Shown here in pieces: positions 40,489-48,778 of a stretch of 64,000 nt of DNA. A program made the translations under genes and the position numbers. The DNA is taken from positions 1 through 64,000 of the forward strand of contig JBQLZK010000035.1 in the NCBI GenBank assembly GCA_052168235.1. Reading direction: 5' to 3'. The first letter of the stretch is position 1. Each line of letters begins with the position of its first letter. The notes under the pieces were generated by a model, which did not search any database, was not told the origin of the DNA, and was given only the letters and a program-made list of their open reading frames with translations. The stretch is from Thainema sp. Its GTDB lineage: Bacteria; Cyanobacteriota; Cyanobacteriia; Phormidesmidales; Phormidesmidaceae.

Positions 40489-40770
40489 TTAAGGAAAGCG
40501 GATTTAATCAGGTGAAATCTTTGGGGTAGGGACACGGCAATGCCGTGTATTTGTTTAGCGCGACACTCTGCATAGATCCCCCTAAATCCCCCTTAAAAAG
40601 GGGGAACTTTGAGCCAGAGTTGGAATAGCCCCTTTTTTCTAAGCGCAGCCATGCCCGAAGGGCTATAGGGGGCGGCGACAGCGGGGGATCATACAGCTAC
40701 GCTAAACAAGTACAATGCCGTGTCCCTACGGATAGAGCGATTGACAGGCTATTTGATTCGCACTCCTAAG
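40489..40770. mobile_element. REP-containing miniature element interrupted by a MITE
   Basis: Shares GCGGATTTAAT..GGTGAAATCTTT..GGTAGGGAyACGGCAATGCCGTG..TCCCTAC..TCCTAAG with the uninterrupted copy at 52146-52234. Confidence 0.7.
40548..40712. mobile_element. 165-bp MITE with 13-bp TIRs and 10-bp target site duplication
   Basis: TIRs TATTTGTTTAGCG and CGCTAAACAAGTA (one mismatch); flanking direct repeat CAATGCCGTG at 40538-40547 and 40713-40722. Confidence 0.85.
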
Positions 40771-40814
40771 CGTTTGTAATCTCAGATTAAATGATGAATT
40801 TGGAGAACCTGTTT

Positions 40815-41327
40815 ATGTTGAAAAAGCATTATCGAATTTTGACAGCGCTGTGCCTGAGCGTGCTGCTGCTGGTTACCGCTTGCGCCAAGCCAGAATCCCG
40901 TTGGGATCAGGTGCAGCAAGAAACGAAGAATGAGCAAATTGCCGATACTGCCACGGCGGAACCGATTGCAGGCGGCCAGTTCAATAAGTTTTTCCCAGAA
41001 GCATCCGGTGAATACGACACGGTTTATACCCAGGAAAAGCAGGGGTTTGCAGAGGCCAAGCTGAAGCAAAATGGCGAAGATGTGGCCATGCTCTCTATCT
41101 CTGATACGGCCCTGAATCCAGATGCGGTCACCAAGTTTCAAAACAGCGATTTAGAAATTGCAGGCTATCCTGCGGCTGAAGTGGGCAACTCCACGGCGGT
41201 TCTAGTAAGCGATCGCATTCAGGTCAAAGTCCAGTCACGCGGCAGCTTATTCACAGCAGAAGACCGGGCATCATGGCTGGAACAGTTTAATTTGCAAGGA
41301 TTAGAAGAACTCGCCTCGGCTTCCTAA
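40815..41327 (+). CDS. Hypothetical lipoprotein
   Basis: Basic N terminus, hydrophobic core and lipobox LVTAC. Confidence 0.8.
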   Translation: MLKKHYRILTALCLSVLLLVTACAKPESRWDQVQQETKNEQIADTATAEPIAGGQFNKFFPEASGEYDTVYTQEKQGFAEAKLKQNGEDVAMLSISDTALNPDAVTKFQNSDLEIAGYPAAEVGNSTAVLVSDRIQVKVQSRGSLFTAEDRASWLEQFNLQGLEELASAS

Positions 41328-41422
41328 GCGACCTTGACGCATTCTGATCGACTATCCGTTCTACTTCTTTATCTAATTTCCTTTTCCTTGTCTACTTCCT
41401 TTTCTTTACTTAATTTCCACCT

Positions 41423-42310
41423 ATGAGCAAAACCATTTTTGAACTGGTTGATGACCTGCCAGAGCGCAATATCACTGTTTTGGCACTGAGATCGCTAGAT
41501 ACGATCATTCCCGGCAAGTGGGAGAACCTAACTGGATTCGAGAACACGATTAAGGTCGTGACAGGCGAAACCGATCAGGCTCTGATTCAGCAGATTGGTG
41601 AGCGAGCCATTCGGTTATTCAACGACAAAAAGCAGGGCTATCAGCGGGCGCTGTGGCTGTATCAGACCATTGACAGCACAGGGCGGGCGCTAGGTACGGC
41701 AGCGTTTGCGGGCAAGGTCGGTGAAAAAGTGAAACTGCTCAGCTTCCTAGATAAAATCACGCCCAAGCCAGAAAAAGCTCAGACGATTGACCTGGCGCTG
41801 AAGCTGGTGACAGAGATTGTCGCTTTCTGCCAGATCAACGGCATTCCCGGTGACAGCATTGGCGATTTCGTCAAATCCTTGGGTGACTACAGCGGCGAAA
41901 GCCTGATGCGGATGGCGGCGCTGGTCAGCTTTGACGGCTTGATTCCCCTTGGCCCTAACTTTATCTTGTCGGCTCAGAATACGCTGAGCCGTCTCAATCC
42001 CAAAGAGCTAAACGAGCATCCAGGTTTTAAGCAAATTCGGGAACTGATTCCGGGCAACAGTGCGGACAAGCAGCTCGGCTTCATCAACGAGAGCTTTGAT
42101 TCGACCAAGGGCTGGATGGGCAAGTTTGTCCAGTCCAACAATCTCACGCCGCAAAAGATTGCCAGTAACTTACAAAACTTTGTCGAAGTATCCGAAGACA
42201 AATTAGACTATCTAGGAGCCTTCCTGGACATGTCAACCAATTACTATGAGCATACGGGGATTCAAACCCTGGCTCGTCGATTGATCGAACGGGCAGTTGC
42301 TGAAATCTAG
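41423..42310 (+). CDS. Hypothetical protein
   Basis: 295-aa ORF co-oriented with its neighbours; no recognised motif. Confidence 0.8.
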   Translation: MSKTIFELVDDLPERNITVLALRSLDTIIPGKWENLTGFENTIKVVTGETDQALIQQIGERAIRLFNDKKQGYQRALWLYQTIDSTGRALGTAAFAGKVGEKVKLLSFLDKITPKPEKAQTIDLALKLVTEIVAFCQINGIPGDSIGDFVKSLGDYSGESLMRMAALVSFDGLIPLGPNFILSAQNTLSRLNPKELNEHPGFKQIRELIPGNSADKQLGFINESFDSTKGWMGKFVQSNNLTPQKIASNLQNFVEVSEDKLDYLGAFLDMSTNYYEHTGIQTLARRLIERAVAEI

Positions 42311-42334
42311 ATGAAACGGTAGAAAGAGTAAGCA

Positions 42335-42880
42335 ATGGCAGAAGAAAACACTCCCAAGGATCCAAAGCAGTCGGCTGAAGCGAATGGCTCAGGCGGCGAT
42401 GACTCTGCGAAAAAGCCTGCCGCTAAAGCCCCGGCAGCCGGAAACAAAAAGCCTGCGGCATCAGGCGATGGTAAACCTGCGGCTAAGAAAAAAGAGAAGC
42501 CGCCTGCGCCTGAGGATAAGCCCTTTCCCAATTTCATTACGGAAGAGTTTATGCCTGCTCTGTCTGAGGCTTTGAAGAAGGAAGGCTTGGACGATATTGA
42601 CCTCGACTTTGAGCGCACTAAGCTGGAAGTCGTCGGTTCTGAGCAAAGCGGCTTTTTCTGGCAGGTGATTGGTCACTGGCAAGATGGACGCCGCCAGTTT
42701 AATGTGGCCTTCTTGAAAGAGGATATCAAGGGGCCAAAGCTGTTTGCCTATTCGGATTCGGGTTCCAAGCCGAGTACCCTGGAGCATTTCATGGGTGATG
42801 AGCGTAAGGTAACGCTGGATCTGATGGTGCACTATGTTCTACAGCGGCTCAATGCTCAGAAGTGGCTGGTGCGGAATTAG
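42335..42880 (+). CDS. ndhV: DUF2996 protein, NDH-1 subunit NdhV
   Basis: Lys/Ala-rich N-tail, EDKPF..FI, STLEHFMGDERKVTLDL and QRLNAQKWL motifs. Confidence 0.8.
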   Translation: MAEENTPKDPKQSAEANGSGGDDSAKKPAAKAPAAGNKKPAASGDGKPAAKKKEKPPAPEDKPFPNFITEEFMPALSEALKKEGLDDIDLDFERTKLEVVGSEQSGFFWQVIGHWQDGRRQFNVAFLKEDIKGPKLFAYSDSGSKPSTLEHFMGDERKVTLDLMVHYVLQRLNAQKWLVRN

Positions 42881-42951
42881 AATTTGCTAACAATTTGTTT
42901 GAAAGAGGGGAGATGCTGGAATCGGTGTCTCCTTTTTTGTTGGTGGTTATT

Positions 42952-43009
42952 GGTTGATGGTTGATGGTTGATAGTTGATAGTTAATGGTTGATAGTTAAT
43001 GGTTGATGG
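42952..43009 (+). repeat. Heptameric short tandem repeat (STRR-like)
   Basis: About 8 units of (G/A)GTT(G/A)AT between convergent genes. Confidence 0.85.
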
Positions 43010-43026
43010 TGGGTGGTGAGGGTGGG

Positions 43027-43929
43027 TTAGTGAGTGCTGAGGGGTTGGAGCCAGTGGACTAGGTTTTTGATGTAGGTTTGGATATCTGCGATCGCAGCTG
43101 GATTTTCTTGGATGCCATTTCCGGGCTGTTCGGTAACAAAGCTGGGGCAGCCGTAGCTTGTATCCCAGTTGTAATCGACAAAATGATGAAAGGTGGATTG
43201 CGCCACCATGCGGCCTAGTGTGTAGCCATCGGCATCTTGACGATGATCCGCCGCGACAGCCAGATTAAACGGGCGGTTTGTCACCTTACTGGTGCCTGTG
43301 GCGAGGATTTGAACTGCTGGATCGTCCAGATCGGTAACGCCAACGCCTCCTTCATGGGGATGAGCGGGAAAGAAGCGAATCCGACCGTCCGGTGCGCTCG
43401 GATGCTTGAGCAGCTCATGCAGCGGCTCGACGGGAGTAATCGTCTGATAGTCGCCATTGCTGCCGGAGTGGTAGTTGGGCCAGTCAATCGTGAGCGTATA
43501 GGCATCATCGCGGCAGCAGCGCTCTGGATCGGGATCGATTTGGCGCGTACGAAAATAGTGAAATGCGCCCAGCGTCGGTAGGGCACACATGGAAATGCCC
43601 ATGTCTTGATGATCACGAGTGGTCAAAATGCCGCCGCCCTGCTGATGAAAACGAGTAATTCCGGCACAATCGGCGCGGCTAAGACCACCACCTACATCCA
43701 GCGCAAATAGCCACAGTTGGTCAAAATCCTGTCGGTCAAGCTGGCTGAGAATCGGGTCGTTGCCATCAGAGCCGGGGTTGCGATCGCGGGCTGTCACTGC
43801 CACTAGGGGTTGCCCCTGTTCATCCTGCAGCGATGACAGATAGTTTTGCAGCAGGGAGAACCGGGCAATTGTCCAATCATCGACATCGGTTGGGAGCAGC
43901 GTTGTTTGTAACAGGATTCGAATTGCCAT
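43027..43929 (-). CDS. Hypothetical protein (possibly GATase-like/ThuA-like fold)
   Basis: 300-aa ORF with DQLWLFA, GGGILTTRDH and HPHEG segments; fold call is tentative. Confidence 0.75.
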   Translation of the reverse strand: MAIRILLQTTLLPTDVDDWTIARFSLLQNYLSSLQDEQGQPLVAVTARDRNPGSDGNDPILSQLDRQDFDQLWLFALDVGGGLSRADCAGITRFHQQGGGILTTRDHQDMGISMCALPTLGAFHYFRTRQIDPDPERCCRDDAYTLTIDWPNYHSGSNGDYQTITPVEPLHELLKHPSAPDGRIRFFPAHPHEGGVGVTDLDDPAVQILATGTSKVTNRPFNLAVAADHRQDADGYTLGRMVAQSTFHHFVDYNWDTSYGCPSFVTEQPGNGIQENPAAIADIQTYIKNLVHWLQPLSTH

Positions 43930-43959
43930 TGCGGTTCACGCCCCTAATTTAGTGACTAA

Positions 43960-44547
43960 TTAAGCAATCAACTTAGCGGTAACATCGACGAGCTTATGAG
44001 CTATGCCTTGCACTCCCTCCATCAGTTTTTGATCAGTCAGTTGTCCTTGTTCATCAAAGGCTTGATAGGCGTTAGGCACGGCTTTTTGATCGGGAATGAC
44101 GAAGACGCCAATGCCTTCCAGAATGGCGCGGACATGAACTAAGCCGCGAATACCACCAAGTCCACCGGGAGACGCTGCTAGCAGTGCTGCTGTTTTGCCG
44201 CGAAAGCAGACTAGTCCTAACGGTGGTTCATCGGGTTCCGGGCGGGAAGCCCAGTCGATGGCATTTTTGAGCAGCGGCGTGATCGAACCGTTGTATTCGG
44301 GGCAGGCAATCAGAAATCCATCGTGGCTTTTTAGAAGCTGTTTGAACTGGCGCACGGCTGAAGGGATGCCGTCTTTGGCTTCTAGGTCTTGATTGAAGAG
44401 GGGCATTGGGTAGTCGAGGAGGTCAACGTAGGTGACTTCGGCTCCGGCGGCTTTAGCTCCGGCGGCGGCTACTTTGACGAGTTTTTTGTTGAATGAGTCG
44501 GTTCTAGCGCTGCCTGCGAAGGCAAGGATTTTGGGAGTTGCGGTCAT
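43960..44547 (-). CDS. NADPH-dependent FMN reductase
   Basis: FAGSARTDSFN, PEYNGSI..LKNAIDWASR and SPGGLGG motifs. Confidence 0.95.
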   Translation of the reverse strand: MTATPKILAFAGSARTDSFNKKLVKVAAAGAKAAGAEVTYVDLLDYPMPLFNQDLEAKDGIPSAVRQFKQLLKSHDGFLIACPEYNGSITPLLKNAIDWASRPEPDEPPLGLVCFRGKTAALLAASPGGLGGIRGLVHVRAILEGIGVFVIPDQKAVPNAYQAFDEQGQLTDQKLMEGVQGIAHKLVDVTAKLIA

Positions 44548-44695
44548 AGTTCGATTTAGCTTTTATGGCAGATTTGACCAAATTATAGGGAATCTGCTGG
44601 GAATGTGGTTTTGGGGTGGTTTTTGGGGTTGGAGGTTGGTTCTGAGGGGACTAATTTCCTTGGGTCTTTTCTTTTGGTTGGGTTGTAGATGGTTA

Positions 44696-44990
44696 GAGGT
44701 TGGTTCTGAGGGGACTAGCCCCCTCAGGCTCCCCCACTGGTGCGTGCCGTCGCCCCAGGCCCCCACGGACGAGGTGATCGGTGAGTAGTGTCACAGCGCT
44801 TCGCTTTGCAGGTGTCGATCGGACGCTACTTGTGAGGACTATCTTCGGTTTGGCGTTCCGCCGAACCTGTTAACCCAACAGAATGCTGTTGATACTGACA
44901 GGTTATTTTTTTGGAGGGGGTCTGGGGGACGTAACCGTCTCCCAGCGGGGGTGTGGGGGCAAGCGCCCCCACGAAAGGGGTTTTTCACAA
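44696..44990 (-). repeat. ~295-bp structured repeat, copy 1 (inverted relative to copy 2)
   Basis: Its reverse complement aligns end to end with 47277-47574; 22 bp of one end are duplicated at 44632-44653. Confidence 0.92.
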
Positions 44991-45015
44991 TAATCCCAAA
45001 CGTATCAAACACAAG

Positions 45016-45051
45016 TGAAGGACGCTGCATCCCACGACACAGCGTCCTTCA
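45016..45051 (-). terminator. Hairpin downstream of the transketolase-like gene
   Basis: TGAAGGACGCTG/CAGCGTCCTTCA stem; weak U tail. Confidence 0.5.
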
Positions 45052-45084
45052 TACATATCAAGCTACTGATAATTAACCAGAAAA

Positions 45085-46998
45085 CTAACTCGCTAGTTCT
45101 TTCACCTTTTTCATGATGCCAGTTGGATCAATACCCTGATGCAAGAACTGTTCCCAGAGACCGCCGGAACCTTCTTCATGGGTACCAAGGTGAGCAAACT
45201 TCGGTGTTAAGCCGCGCTCTAGTAACCAGGAGCCGAAGCGGCTACCCAGACCTGTGCGACGGTTGAAGGATTCGACGACTAGGACAAAGGGAGCAGCACC
45301 CACTTTGGCCATCATTTCTTCGTCAACCATGTTGAGGGTGGGCTTGTTGATTAAGCCTACGTCGATTCCCTCTTGCTTGAGCCGTTCCACAGCGTCCAGC
45401 GAGCGATAGAGCGCATCACCAAAGCTGACAATGTAGCCAGCGGTGCCCTCGCGGATCACTTCGTCTTTACCAGGGGTGAATTCGTAGCCTTCACCAAAGA
45501 GGGTGTTGCCCTCACTGGTGAGGATGCTGGGTACAGACGAACGGGTAGAGAAGATAAACCGCAAACCGGGATCGTGGAAGACTTTGGCGACGCAAGCGCG
45601 CATTTGATGCTCGTCGGCGGGGAAGTAGAGGCGGGTTTCATAGCCGTCGTCCAAACCGTTATCGGCAAACATGTTGTTGATGCCGAAGTGACAGGTGTTG
45701 TCGGCCATGTCGTCGATGCCAGCGTGGGAGAAGTGGCAGAGGACGTTAGAGTAGTTGAGCCGCGCCATCGTGATTTCGGAAATGCACATTTCCAAGAAGG
45801 CGCTGAAGGTGCCGAAGATGCCCTGCTTGCCGGGAGCCATGCCGAAACCAGCAGCAGCGGAGAAGTTACCCCGCTCCATGATGCCCGCTTTGATGTAGAT
45901 TTCGGGGAAGGCTTCGCGAATGGTATTGAGACCGCAGGAACCTTCCAAGTCGCTGTCAATACACATGACTTTGGCTTTGCGCTCTTCGTCGCTCATCTTT
46001 TCCAGCATAGAAACGACGGCTGCGCCAAACACCTTCCGGTTAGAGCCCCGGTTTTCGCTTGCACCTAGGAACTGATAGTCGTCCTTGGGCTTCTCGATGT
46101 TGTTGAGAAAGTCTACCGCATCGTTGAGGCCACGCTGCTCTAGGTACTGAAGGGCTAGCTTGAGCGGAATTACGTCGTGGCCGTGAGTGGAGCCTTCCAG
46201 TCCCTCAATGCCGGGACACATGGGTCGCTTATTAATCACCGCGACGGGGCCATCGGTGTTAATCGCTTCACAAATGCGGCGGTAGAGATCGTCGATATCT
46301 TCACCATCGCCGATTAGGACTTTTAAGCCGTGGCCTTCCAGCGTAGACGCCACGTCAAAGCCAGGGATGTATTCAGATGGGTGTCCGGCAATGGTTACGT
46401 CGTTGTCGTCGATGATCAGCTTGACGTTGAGTCCCTGCGCCACAGCCAGACGAGCGGCTTCTGCGTCGTTGCCTTCCTGCTGAGAACCATCCGAACCGAG
46501 ACAGAAGGTGGTTTTGCCAGGATTTGCGATCGCAACCCCGTTCACATAGGGCCACATGTGACCCAAGCGGCCAGAGCTAAACTTCACACCCGGAGTTAAA
46601 CCCAACTCAGGGTGTCCCGGTAGCTTTGAATGAGCCGCCCGATACTGAGTCAGTTGCTCTCGTGGCAAATCGCCATTGATTGTCGCCATCAGATACTGAG
46701 TGGCCACCCGGTGTCCCGCTTCATCGAAGAACACAGGCACAAACTTGTCCGGATTACCCCGGAACAGCGCATCCAGAATCATCACTTCCGGCACGGTGTC
46801 GTAGGGGCCACCCGTATGACCGCCAACGCCCCGTGCTGCACCCGTTGCCGTGAAAAAGACGATGGCATCGCGGCAAAGCTGGATATTGGCCTTCAGGGTG
46901 TTCCGCTGCTCATCGGTCAGCACCGGATTGCTGGGATCAAGCTCTAGCGGCTTATAGGCATCAAGATTAATCGGGAAGCGAACGGACGTTGCAGTCAT
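45085..46998 (-). CDS. Atypical transketolase-family ThDP enzyme
   Basis: GGHTGG, PGHPE, SSGRLG, ThDP motif variant GSDGSQQEG..IIDDN, GIMER and a C-terminal TK-C domain. Confidence 0.88.
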   Translation of the reverse strand: MTATSVRFPINLDAYKPLELDPSNPVLTDEQRNTLKANIQLCRDAIVFFTATGAARGVGGHTGGPYDTVPEVMILDALFRGNPDKFVPVFFDEAGHRVATQYLMATINGDLPREQLTQYRAAHSKLPGHPELGLTPGVKFSSGRLGHMWPYVNGVAIANPGKTTFCLGSDGSQQEGNDAEAARLAVAQGLNVKLIIDDNDVTIAGHPSEYIPGFDVASTLEGHGLKVLIGDGEDIDDLYRRICEAINTDGPVAVINKRPMCPGIEGLEGSTHGHDVIPLKLALQYLEQRGLNDAVDFLNNIEKPKDDYQFLGASENRGSNRKVFGAAVVSMLEKMSDEERKAKVMCIDSDLEGSCGLNTIREAFPEIYIKAGIMERGNFSAAAGFGMAPGKQGIFGTFSAFLEMCISEITMARLNYSNVLCHFSHAGIDDMADNTCHFGINNMFADNGLDDGYETRLYFPADEHQMRACVAKVFHDPGLRFIFSTRSSVPSILTSEGNTLFGEGYEFTPGKDEVIREGTAGYIVSFGDALYRSLDAVERLKQEGIDVGLINKPTLNMVDEEMMAKVGAAPFVLVVESFNRRTGLGSRFGSWLLERGLTPKFAHLGTHEEGSGGLWEQFLHQGIDPTGIMKKVKELAS

Positions 46999-47276
46999 AG
47001 TTATTCTTGTGAGGATAGAACGACAAAAGTTCTAGAGGATCTAGTATCTCCCTCTGGGCTAAGTTCAGCCTCTACAGAATGATAGAGAGAGCAGGCACTG
47101 GGATCAGTCCTTACTGAAAATCAAACCACACCACGACACATTTCTAAAGTTGCGATCGCGACTTTGCAGCCTGAATCGTTGTTTCTTGGTTTAGAGTGAT
47201 CCCTTGTTGTGGGGCGTTGCGTTTATTTTTGGGTATCTGTTGTGGCACAACTTGTTGCACTGATTTCAGATATCTG

Positions 47277-47574
47277 TTGTGACAAAACCCGTTTCGTGGG
47301 GGCGCTTGCCCCCACACCCCCGCTGGGAGACGGTTGCGTCCCCCAGACCCCCTCCAAAAAAGCTAACGTGTTGAGCCTCAACAGCATTCTGTTCGGGGCA
47401 ACAGGTTTGGCGGAACGCCAAACCGAAGATCATCCTCACAAATAACGCCCAATCCACCCCAGCAAAGCGAAGCGATTGAGACTACTCACCGATCACCTCG
47501 TCCGTGGGGGCCTGGGGCGACGGCACGCACCAGTGGGGGAGTCTGAGGGGGCTAGTCCCCTCAGAACCAACCTC
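47277..47574 (+). repeat. ~298-bp structured repeat, copy 2
   Basis: Near-identical GC-rich ends and a diverged middle relative to copy 1; followed by an A/C-rich low-complexity tract at 47575-47645. Confidence 0.92.
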
Positions 47575-47659
47575 CAACTCCCAAAACCAACCCAAAAAAA
47601 CAACCCAAAAAACCAATCCAAAAAAACAACCCAAAAAACAAAACCACTGAGGAAACCCC

Positions 47660-48565
47660 TTGCTCAACTATATCGGCGAACTCGCCGCCCTCACCGCCGC
47701 CTTCCTCTGGGCCGCATCCTCCGCCATCTACGGACGACTTGGCGCACACATCACCCCCCTACTACTCAACCTATTCAAAGGACTAATTGCGATCGCACTC
47801 CTCCTTCTGACGCTGATCATCCGTCATGAACTCGGAGCCGGACTACAATCCACCTCCGTTATCCTGCTGCTGATTAGCGGAGCCGTTGGCATTGGCCTAG
47901 GAGACACCGCCTACTTCGAAGCGCTCTACTGCCTCGGTGCCCGCCGTGTTCTGCTAATGGAAGCGCTTGCTCCACCCCTCGCGGCCCTAATCGCTCTGAT
48001 ATTTCTCCAGGAAATCCTCAGTTGGCAAGCCTGGACAGGCATCCTTCTCACTGTTGCAGGCGTCGCCTGGGTGATTACTGAGCGTACGGCTGAGTCCCCG
48101 GCAGAACTCCACGTTACCCGCCAGCAAACCCGACGCGGTTTGATCTTTGGCTTTCTGGCAGCGCTTGGACAGGCCAGCGGGGCGGTGCTGTCGCGAGCCG
48201 CACTGGCAGAAACCAATACCAGCCCGCTTTGGAGTACTCTGCTACGATTAGCGGCTGGGGTGATTGTGATTCTATTGCTGATCGTTTGGCGACGGCATCC
48301 AGTGCGATCTCAAACCCTATTCCGCTCGCCCCAATTACTTGGTATTGTTGCAATCACAGCCTTTTTCAGCACCTATCTAGCCATCTGGCTCCAGCAAATC
48401 TCACTCAAATTTGCCGCTACGGGCATCGCTCAGGCCCTCAGCTCCACGAGTCCTCTATTTATCCTGCCGATTGCCGCTGCATTTGGTGAAAAGATTAGTC
48501 TGCGAGCAATTTTAGGAGTCTGTATTGCGCTAGTCGGCGTCTGGATTCTGCTGCGCTATCGCTAG
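47660..48565 (+). CDS. DMT/EamA family transporter
   Basis: GELAAL..AFLWA, SGAVGIGLGDTAYF and STSPLF motifs; about 10 TM helices; TTG start after GAGGA. Confidence 0.92.
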   Translation: MLNYIGELAALTAAFLWAASSAIYGRLGAHITPLLLNLFKGLIAIALLLLTLIIRHELGAGLQSTSVILLLISGAVGIGLGDTAYFEALYCLGARRVLLMEALAPPLAALIALIFLQEILSWQAWTGILLTVAGVAWVITERTAESPAELHVTRQQTRRGLIFGFLAALGQASGAVLSRAALAETNTSPLWSTLLRLAAGVIVILLLIVWRRHPVRSQTLFRSPQLLGIVAITAFFSTYLAIWLQQISLKFAATGIAQALSSTSPLFILPIAAAFGEKISLRAILGVCIALVGVWILLRYR

Positions 48566-48778
48566 CCGTTGAACCAGATTCCAAGCCTGAAATCAGTGCA
48601 TTTGATCTACATATCGATTACAGTTGAAGCAGGGACTTCAACGATTGCTGACTCGGTGAACGGGTTTTTGCTACTCCATCACTAGCGCTCAAATAACAAT
48701 TTTCATTAATTACTACCCTACAGCTAGAATTTCCGACACAATAGAACCACACTATATCCTTCTCGCCAAAGGAATCCT

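Noticed and set aside
44432..45030. ORFs within the ~300-bp repeats (also 47209-47829)
   Set aside because: The frames differ between copies, the products are low-complexity, and there are no transposase motifs.
36804..46068. Long antisense ORFs over thrC and the transketolase (e.g. 36804-37403, 45373-46068)
   Set aside because: Typical shadow ORFs caused by codon bias of the sense gene; no recognisable domains.
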